From Epiperipatus broadwayi (lineage: Eukaryota > Animalia > Onychophora): a stretch of 64,000 nucleotides of DNA. The notes beneath the pieces are model-generated. The model was not told the DNA's origin. It was given only the letters and a program-made list of their open reading frames with translations, and made no database searches. A program made the translations under genes and the position numbers. The DNA lies in contig JAQFVV010000005.1 of assembly GCA_028023455.1 (NCBI GenBank), positions 10,850,001 to 10,914,000 of the forward strand. The letters are read 5' to 3'. Every line of letters starts with the position of its first letter. Position 1 is the first letter of the stretch. This document shows positions 38,331 through 49,887 of the stretch, piece by piece.

Positions 38331-40414
38331 ATGCAGCTAATCATTCAATAATGCTTATTACTTGAAGTGATGATTATTTCGTTTTTTATTTTAAATGCAT
38401 ATAATTGATTTCTATATATTAAGAATGTATATAGATTTATATTTGAAATGATTTGACATGAAAATTCTTATGTGAAAGTTCTTATTTGAACAATGATGCT
38501 TTATTGTGTATTTTCAATTTTATAAATTACAAAATTTTCTATAAAAACAAAAAATGTTAATCTGTATGAATTAATCTTTCAATATATATAATTTAAATTA
38601 ACTAATCAAGATTAATTTAACTAAATTATATGAACACAGACAGAGTTTAAAAGATTTTAGATGTATCCTTATATATATATTGATTTGTATATTTGCCATT
38701 CTCAAATTAAAAAAAATCACGGAATTACAATTATAATGCATATCAAGTTACCTGATAAAAGACTTTTTCAGCAAATAATATAATACAGCTTATTATTGAT
38801 AGTTTACCACACATAAACTAAATAACCATTAACCTAGTATTATGAAGCTAAATAATAAACATTAATGAAATTCTTATCCTTACAATAAAAAAATAAAATA
38901 TTCATTAACTTTATCTCATTAGACAGTAAAATGAATATCAGTTTACTATTTGTAAAAGTATTTTAGAATGATGAATAAAGCTATGTTGACTATTGAGCTC
39001 ATAACAAGAAAAGGTGAAATCTTGATTAAATATAGAAACTCCTATATAACTTCAATTTTTTAAAAAAAATTATCCAGTCTACTAGTATCCAATATTAGCT
39101 ATTTATGGTAGAGTAAGTCAATGACTTAATTAAAATAAGCCTTACTAACAGATAAAAAGTTTAGTGAAGAAGAGGGACATAAGAGGTCATTGCCTTAGAT
39201 TGATAATTTGTATAAATTATTTTTTATTTTCTTTCTCAAAGAATTGTTCAACTAAACAATCTGTAAATTAAAAACAAATTATATTGCAGAAGAAAAAATA
39301 AAATTAACAAAATGATAGCTGGCTAGGTTATTATAAAAAAATCAGTACCCATATCTATTTTTACTTGGCACCTTTCAAAACCTATATATTTATTTTTTGC
39401 TACTTTATGTGATGACATCTTAATTATTTAGGTATTCCAGATAGTTACTACCATTTATAAAATGGTATAATATAATGCCTAATTTTTATGTTACCCATAT
39501 TTTTTGTATCAGTTATCCTAAATAAATAAAAGTATCATAAAAAATAAATAGAAATAAATTCTTTCTAGTTCTCATTGCATATAGAATATGCACACAGAAT
39601 TATATTTGTCTTAAAAATATTCTACTATCTATTTTGCAGCTGGGAATCAAAGATTGCAAATATAAGATTATTATTATTAAATAACTGTAAATCAAGATTT
39701 TCAACAAATAAGTTTAAAAAAATTTTATTATCAATAAATAGCAATCTATATCTATGATATATTAAAATTCATAGAAACAATAACTAAGTAATTCATCAAA
39801 TTACAAACAAGTTAACTTACAATATATTAGTGCAGAAATACAACTTTATAAAAAGAGTGACCTGAAAGCCACATCCATAGTAAATATAGTATATATACAT
39901 AAAATGTTTTGAAGAGATCTATCATTTTTTAGATTTAGTAAACACATTAAACAGTAGACAAGATGTGATAATTATTTCATTTCAATGAGAACTATGCAGT
40001 AGTTCATCTTCATTTACTAGAGTATCTATATCAATCTTAATGTTTATAGTTGTCAATTGCAATACATTTGAAAGATTTGTTTTTGGTTTTTTTTAATCAC
40101 TTTCTATGTTGAAAAAGTGTTTACAAAGACATGCTCTCAAACACTGAGCACATCTTGAATCCAATGTTCCTCAATTTTGTATCTCTTGGTAGAAATTTTT
40201 TAAAAAATCTTTTTCATTATTGCAAGTATAAAATGGATCTGCTTGTCAATCACATATTTTCAGTTGAAGATCAGATTTTTCAATTTTGACAATCTAGAGT
40301 TGATAAACAGAGCAAAACTCTCCATACAGTATTGCCACCTGTGCTAAACAGAGTAATCAATGGATGCCAGAAGGCTTGTGCATAAAATCCCTATCTAATG
40401 CCTACTCATCCAAT

Positions 40415-40458
40415 ATCCCCAGACTAGTTTCTGGCTTGTGGCCTTAGTCAGTGAGGAG
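40415..40458 (-). ncRNA. Hammerhead ribozyme copy with G8-to-U core change (probably inactive)
   Basis: Minus strand reads ctcctca-CTGACTA-aggccacaagcca-GAAA-ctag-TC-tggggat. All helices pair, but the core is mutated. Confidence 0.7.
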
Positions 40459-40868
40459 CTTTGGATCTGAGAGTACTGCATCTAGATCTTAGGATCTAAT
40501 GCAACCCTCTAGCAACCACCTTTTATCTCTACTTAACTACAAAACTATGAGAATGAAATTGAAAACAAAAAATATTTTCAATCTAAGCTCAATAGCTTAT
40601 ATAGTCATATGGGTCTGAACTCAGTTCAGCACCCATACATTTTGGTGTCTTTGGCTCTTTTACAACCATAGCCACCACTATCCTATTAGGCAGGATTGGT
40701 GTTAAACCATTAAGCATCACATGATCATATTTCCTATACTAGCACATTAATTGTTGATAAACAGAGCAAAACTCTCCATACAGTATTGCCACCTGTGCTA
40801 AACAGAGTAATCAATAGATGCCAGAAGGCTTGCGCATAAAATTCCTATCTAATGCCTACTCATCCAAT

Positions 40869-40912
40869 ATCTCCAGACTAGTTTCTGGCTTGTGGCCTTC
40901 GTCAGTGAGGAG
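40869..40912 (-). ncRNA. Minimal type-I hammerhead ribozyme (intact core)
   Basis: Minus strand reads ctcctca-CTGACGA-a-ggc cacaa gcc-a-GAAA-ctag-TC-tggagat. Predicted cleavage falls between 40876 and 40875. Confidence 0.75.
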
Positions 40913-41071
40913 CTTTAGGAAATGTGATCATGTGAATCTAGAGTTGAATAAATATTAAAATACCTTTTTCAATTTCTTAAATTATTAAGTTGATGCTTAA
41001 AATCCTCAATGATTTTTTAATATATTGAGATGGTTGTGTCTCATAGCATACAACCATATAATAGTATGTAT

Positions 41072-41103
<32 letters not shown>

Positions 41104-43084
41104 TGTAAAGGGCACATACGCCATTACATTATTTTTTATTACTATTAAACATGAAAAAAATAAAAGTTCGCAAATAAAAACTTCTTTTTTAAGAATTAAA
41201 AATTGAAAATTACTTCTATCTTAAATTTGTATATATATATAAAATTGCACAGATGAAAATAATTATTAAACGAAAACTTTATTAAAGAAAAAGTATTTTA
41301 AAACTAAATTTTCAGTAAAGATAAAAATATATCTAAGTTTGTACAAAACAAATTAATTAATGTATTGAAAAATGGAAATGATTATTTTAATTAGTCCAAG
41401 TGAACTAGCCCTTGGGCACTTAAATGTATAAGCAGCGGTCATATAGGAAAACAATAGAAACTAATAGCCAATGAAAGAAATCCATCGGGAAATCGGATCT
41501 CAATGGAAGGATCATCATCATCGATGACGTAATGTCCATTAAATCTGAAAGTTACATATAAAAGAAAAAGTTTGGAAATAAATTAGGAGTTGGGTGAAGA
41601 AAATTTAAAAGAGGATGGAGATGTGTTAAGTCGGAGAGTTGGAAGTGAAGGGATTGAAAGACGCACTTTCAATTCCTTCAGTGGTTATAAAAAAAAAAAT
41701 AAAGAAATGAAACATCGTTTTTTTTCTATATTGAAGACCACAGGATCATCGGAGGATTTAACGCTGGATTCCAAATGGCAAGCAACGGATAAAGTATATA
41801 ACTAATGAACATTTCTAAAACTGTAAGCACTTTAAGAACTCTAAAATATAAACTTTCCCAGTATTTAATTTATAGAAATAGAAACCTATCTGACCAAACT
41901 AAATTCTTTATTAATTCTTTTTATTTGATGTTTTTTTTTTTTTAAAAAAAAATGATTTCCATTTATTTTTTTTGTTCTTTTAAATTTATTTATGATTTTT
42001 GGTTTTCGTTAAACTAAATTATATGTTAAACTTAAGTCGGGCATGAATGGCTATATAGATTTGTAAAGTTTTATTAGGGGAGGGTAATCTTAGGTTATTC
42101 ATTTCGTAGTTGAATTAGGTCAATGGATTGGATATATTGGTGTAATTAGATGTAGTAAAAGGTTCGCTACATGCAGAATCGAATTATATGCCGCACAACC
42201 CCTTTTGCCTATGGAATGCGATCGTAAGTCGGCAAAAATGACCGCAGTCCCTTCCTATGGAGTTTTTTTTAATTGCTCTTCTCGTCAGATAGATGTAGTA
42301 TTCCTATCTGGATGAGAGTCAATTTCTTCTCTTAACCCTGCTGCTCAGATGTACATTCCTGACAGTATGGTATTTCGTGTTGTCGTATTCGTATTACATT
42401 GAATACATCGATATATCAGATGGATTGAAGTTGGTTTAACTACGAGCTTTTGGCCTAAGGTTAAATAAGAATAGAATATTTTCTTTTCAAATGCAAATCT
42501 ATGTAGTCTATTCATACTCGACACTCTAAATAAAAATGCATTAAATTTAAGTGGGGTATAGACGCTTGCATGGATTCGTTATCGGTTAATTATATTTTTG
42601 GTTTTCATATTTGATCAAAATATAGACATTCGGTAAATAATGATACCTTATGGTATCTAAAATGTATTTATTCGGATGTCTTTAAAGTTATTGGTGTCAA
42701 TACGGCACCTTATAATGAATGCCATTGGGTTTCTTATAAATTTCCCTCTGCAATTCCATCAATGACTTTATATTTTGATCGTTTATGTTTATTTTGAAAT
42801 GTTTTTAACTGTGTAATCTATGTAACCGATCTATACTCAGCATTATAAAATAAACTTTTATAAATCCATCTGTGCGAACTTATAAAAATTAAAATGTAAA
42901 TTAAAATCTAAAATAAAAGTTAAAAGTGTAGTTTATAATGCTAAAGTAAACATACTAAAATAATAATGCTAAATTTTATATATATGTGGTAAATAAATGT
43001 TTTGGTTTAATTTGGGGGGGGGTTTTTTTTTTTTATATATTTAAAAATTATAAATAATTAAAAAATTCCCCGGGGAAAAGGTTT

Positions 43085-44420
<1,336 letters not shown>

Positions 44421-47400
44421 TTTTGCTTGAGTGTAAACTCTATTAGTCATTAATGAATAAAAAAGAGCAATTTATATTATGACTATATTTTCTGAATATA
44501 TTTGTGGGTCATAATACTTTTCATTTGCAAATAGAATTAACTTCACAAATTTAGCCTTGCCTTTATGAAATATGTCTGTTTGGATCACTTCTAGTGTTTC
44601 TAAAAATGTATCCAGAAAACTTAGTAAATAGAACTTTAAATAAATATTTACAAGTACTTTCTTCAACCTGAAGGTTTTAGAAACACATCTTGTAGTGAAA
44701 AAAATTATCATCAAAATTAACAACTTAAAATGTAACTGTTAATAATATTTGTCAAAATTTAAAGCTCAAAAATATTTTTTACATAAAAATGCTAAATTCC
44801 AAATGAAATGTAATTTTTGAATCAACTTTGTTCTATGATCAGCTTAGAAAAATGTCAAATGATTTTACTCTTTTGATGATGGTGAGACAATAAACAACTA
44901 TTACCATCAATTACAATAAATGCAGAATCACTTTGTATAGTTATTATCATCTGCTTAAAATATGAACAAATTTTCTATATTTCATAACTTTTAACCTCAA
45001 GAATATGAATCAAATGTTTTGCTTTAATGCATGTAAATGTGTACATATATTTTTGAGAATATTTTCTTTTAAAAAAATAGGATTTTATTTAGTATTTTTA
45101 ACTATTTTAAGCATTAATACAAATTTAAAATTCAGGTGAAATGTATTTTTAATTTTAAAAACCATAAAAAGAATGCTGGAATGCAAGCAATAAAGTTTAC
45201 TACTATCTGCATCCACAAAAATTCTGTCAACAATGACAATGTAAATACTTAAAGGTATCTAATAAATAGTGTGGCTTTTTACATTATAACTTTCAAATAT
45301 GAATGGAATCTCAATGATCACTCATAATATATTTTGAAATTATTATATCAGATAAGATTACTAGCCAATTTATAAAAGTTTTTATTACCTAATTAAAATG
45401 ACCATTTACTCACACATTAATCATATATTTAAAAATAATTCATTATGGTACTGTCAATGATACAACTTCTTGAAAAGATTGATGAGGGAATTAGTATCAT
45501 ATTTATTTAAGTCACTATATTTAAATTTCAATTAATGAATAACAATATATCATTTAATAAGCTATTAGAATGCAGATATGAGATCAACTTCTGATGCAGT
45601 TTCTCTTCATGGGTACAATCATGAACAAATGAGATGTTTTAAAACAGGAGTTTTTCAGATGAAGTTTACTGCCAACCTAAACAAAACAAAATAATGAAAT
45701 CAGTAACTATATATATAAGGATTGCAAAAAAAAAAAAAATACTGGAAAAATGTTTTAGTAGTAATCCTTATATTTATTCATGACCCAATTTAACATTAAA
45801 ATTTACTACTAAAGCTTACTTATTTTTGTATATTCCAAAGTGCACTATTTTTATAATAATCATAAATTATAAACTGCTGTCCTTTTTTATATTTTTATTT
45901 TATAATAGAATAAATATTAAAATTATCAATTTGTTATCAATAACCTTAAAAAATACAGAATTTTTAATATAGATACATTTATATAAAAACACACAATATA
46001 ATAAATAGATACATAGGAAAAAAGTGGTGATGCAGCAATTAGCTTATCTGCACATTATACCAGAATTAAAAACCTAAACAGAATAAAATTTTGTTCATGT
46101 AGTTGAGGATTTTCAAGTAACTTAGAACTTATTTCAGATTGCCAACTAATTATTCATCAATAAAAGAACCCTGTTTTTTCTTTCTAGATAGTAAATGAAG
46201 AAAATGAAATAATAAAAATGCTCATCAACATATAGTGGATTAAGATTATATGATTTGTTATGCTTTTCTTTTCCAAAGAATACTGATAAAGGCATTTTTT
46301 TATTTTAGATTATTTAAAATTGCTTCAGCATACATGTACATATAAACCATTCTATTCACATCATTTGATTCCAAGCCCACTAGATATTAAAGTTCATGAT
46401 TGGTAGGAAATGCTATATAATAATTTAATGTATATATAATTCTGATATATTTAAAAAGACTACACACTATATACAAATGTATTGTAACTGATACTAATGC
46501 ATGCTAAAATGAATTCTGACTGCTTACTAACTGAATAAGGTTGAGATTAACCTTTGAAACACTTGGGTAGTCACATTATAAGATCCTTGATAATAAAAAA
46601 AATATTTATTTTAAGGACACACTATACAGATGTGTATTTAAAAGTAATAACAATTATATATCAAGGTTCTACTATACAGTAATTTAAAAGTATAACTGTG
46701 GATTTACAAGAATAAATAAATCCTATAACAATCATATATTTGGGCTAGCAAGTTTGTTCTAAGGTTTCTTATTATATAAATTCAATTCAAAGTTATCTCC
46801 GAGTTATAAGTTTTAAGTATAGTAAATACTATTCTTAAAATGTAAAATCTTTAAAATTATAAATTATTATTAGTGATAAGATTAAATAAAAAAGAGCATT
46901 TTATTGTATTTAATTCATATCTTAAACAACTAAATGTTTAGATGAAGATGATGTAAATGTATAAAATAATGAACATTTCTTATAGAGCAGAAAGTCTTTT
47001 AAATAACATATAATAATTATAAAATCATGTGACCATATTATAAAATTAAATGATGAGTATTAATTCATTAATTAAAGACAAAGACTAGAAAATTAACAAA
47101 ATCTAAAATTAATTTATTAACAAAAAGTAATATAAAAAATATTTAAAAAACAAAATAATAATAAGTTGCCCACAATGATTATAAATATTCTGGCAATTTC
47201 TTTAAAAAAATAATTCCTACTCTATTAATAATTAAATGTGTTGTGTATCTTAATGTGATGAAAACAAAACACTTTATTGGTAAGAATTGTTAAGATCTCT
47301 ACTCAAAAGACTTAATTCCAAATAATGAACAAATCAAAAGAATGCTTTATTGTATCATTAGTTAAGTAATAAGATTCACTTTTTCTAAGTATCTGATTTA

Positions 47401-48105
47401 TAAATTTAATTATTTCATACAAGAACAAAACATTATCACAACATATATTACTCTTCCTAAAGTATGGCTTTAATTAATTTGATTCCAATAAGTACTGGTA
47501 GCATTTCATAAGAGGCTTATCAAACTCACAGTATAAATAAAATGAGAATACAATATTATCAGAAGATTAACTCAAGTGAACAATAATATTTATACAAGTA
47601 TCAGTGCCACAAATGTAATTGAATATACAATAAAATCTTTATATAATCTAGAAGAATGCCTATGTGGCTAAATAGGAAGGATAATATTTAGTTACCTTTA
47701 ATTATGGAAACAAGATAAATTAATAGATCAATAAAACATATAACAATGTCAGGCATTACAACTTAATACAAAATAATTATTAATTTTAAATATTAACAAC
47801 TAGTATCTGTAGAACAAAGAATCAATAACACATACTTATACTAAATTGTAATCATAAATTTAATATACTAACTGTACATTCTTTTATTATACCTTGTTTC
47901 TTGTGAGAACTAGATATTATAACAATTAAACAAATATGAGTAGTATAATATATCTTTATAATTTAAAATCTTTTAAAAAGTTCAAAATATTTATTCTGGG
48001 GCAAGCTTTTCAAAATATTTGAAAGAGATTAAATCCCATGACATTTTAGGTTATAAAATCCTGATGGAGGGATAAAACAAAATTTAATCCATATATTACA
48101 ATAAT

Positions 48106-48482
48106 TAGTAATAATAAATAAGATTGCGCTTTGCACAAAAAAGTGAAGCTTGTCTAAAATCTTATAAAAAGTTATATGGCTAAGCACTTTCAGAGAACTT
48201 GAGTCTCCATAATCATAGCCTACTTTTAACTGAAGTTTAGCTGTGGTTTATGTAAAATTTATGCAAATTTTATAACGACCATTTTCTGGAGATTGCAAAG
48301 CACAATTCTTTCCGGTTTATTGCACAATTGTCATTTGCAATAAAGCACGCCTCTTTAGCTTTTCATTTTATATCATTAGGTTCAGTGTATAGTGCTCTTG
48401 CCTTTTAGCCATATAACTTTTTATAAGATTTTAGACAAGCTTCACTTTTTTGCGTAAAGCACAATCTTATTTATTATTACTA
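48106..48482. mobile_element. MITE (~377 bp) with 78-bp terminal inverted repeats
   Basis: 48106-48183 versus 48405-48482 match at about 75/78. The outermost TA may be a TSD. No coding capacity. Confidence 0.85.
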
Positions 48483-48659
48483 CTCAAAGGTGAAGTTGAA
48501 AACTAGTATTTTATTTCAATAATTAGTAATGAATTTTGAGCTTTTTAAATACAATCTAATAATAGTGACTTTAAAATATTCCAAAATTGCAATAAATTGT
48601 TTTACTTTCTAAGTATGAAATAAAATAAATAATCCATTGAATTTAAGTTAGCATTTATA

Positions 48660-49330
48660 AATTATAACTTTTCTCAAAATAGTTATGATGATAAAATCCA
48701 TTAGTTAAATTTTTATTTTAACAATGAAGATGAAATTCCTTATTTAAAATTTGTTTTTAATGATAATTGTCCAATACATAGGTGTTTATCCAGAAAACTC
48801 TAAGTTTCTATAGTAATCACAACATCAGGCAAATATTTGGAAAATACATAAGACAGTAACATGGTTTAAACAAAAATAGCATTCCCAAAATAGTTTCAAG
48901 TTTCCTATTTAAATCCAATTTTTAAAATTTCATTCCATTTAAAATGCATTACAAGATGAAAAACAGTCAAATATTTAGTTCCCCATTAAGAAGTTTTACG
49001 ATACATTTGCCATTAAGGTAAATATTTATCTGGTTCTTTACTCCATTATCATTATATTGCAAGACGCCAATATGGCTAACTTTAAATCCAATACAATTCA
49101 TTTGTAATCAGTTAAAAAAGACTAAATAATTCTGAACACATGGGTGTATTTATAAGCTTGCATCAGATGAGATCATCACTTTCATTCAACATTCTTTATA
49201 CTTTTGGCTTTTTCTGGGAAAATTTTATCATGGTTGCCAGATACAATATGAAGCAAGTGATCTTTGAAAATTTTAAGAATTTGTAGTGACAAATGTGTAA
49301 TGAAATTATTTTTAAAAAATTACAAAATAT
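48660..49330 (+). mobile_element. Possible Penelope-like RT C-terminal scraps
   Basis: IH*LNFYFNNEDEIPYLKF (resembles IKFTxExExDxxIPFLD) at ~48700-48750 and LRICSD at ~49275-49295. Confidence 0.3.
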
Positions 49331-49565
49331 TTCAAATATTCTATTACATTAATTAATAAAAATAAAATATGTATTATTTTACAAATATTTGTATTAATAG
49401 TAATAGTAACAAGTCAGATGTCACATGACTTATATATAGCTTGCACTTATAAATATGTAAAATTAAGAGCGTGCTAATAGCTCTAAACAAGCTTTTTTTT
49501 TTTATTTATGATAAATGCTACTACAAGAGAAGGCATTCAAATCATTTTTATTTTAAATGGTCCCC

Positions 49566-49608
49566 ATCCCCAGACCGGTTTCGACCTATGGGTCTCTTCA
49601 GTGAGGAG
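49566..49608 (-). ncRNA. Minimal type-I hammerhead ribozyme (canonical)
   Basis: Exact reverse complement of the motif at 49845-49887. Confidence 0.88.
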
Positions 49609-49844
49609 TTGGGACATTAGATCTAAAAAACCAACTCAAGCAAAGCATTTATCTAAAAGATAATTGTTAGAAGAAGATCTGAAACTTTTAGACATCTACA
49701 TGTCTTTAAAGTCAGCTCTCCAACTGAAAAAATCATATGGGACTGGACTTAATTCAGATGTCTAAATGTTTCAGATCTTCTTCTAACAATTATCTTTTAG
49801 ATAAATGCTTTGCTTGAGTTGGTTTTTTAGATCTAATGTCCCAA

Positions 49845-49887
49845 CTCCTCACTGAAGAGACCCATAGGTCGAAACCGGTCTGGGGAT
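49845..49887 (+). ncRNA. Minimal type-I hammerhead ribozyme (canonical)
   Basis: ctcctca-CTGAAGA(49852-58)-GACC cata GGTC-GAAA(49871-74)-ccgg-TC-tggggat. G10.1-C11.1 present, helix I 6 bp, helix III palindrome ACCGGT, GUC cleavage after 49880. Confidence 0.9.

Larger units (their letters stand above)
40291..40947 (-). mobile_element. Hammerhead repeat-family insertion: 1.35 tandem units (period 454 bp), 19-nt 5' inversion, 13-bp TSD
   Basis: tgataaacagagcaaaactc at 40301 and 40755. TSD aatctagagttga at 40291-40303 and 40935-40947. aggaaatgtgatcatgtga (40916-40934) is the reverse complement (18/19) of internal tcacatgatcatatttcct. Confidence 0.9.

Noticed and set aside
40301-40916. Repeat-spacer pattern as a CRISPR array
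   Set aside because: Eukaryotic context, 454-bp period, no short conserved repeats with unique spacers, and no cas genes.
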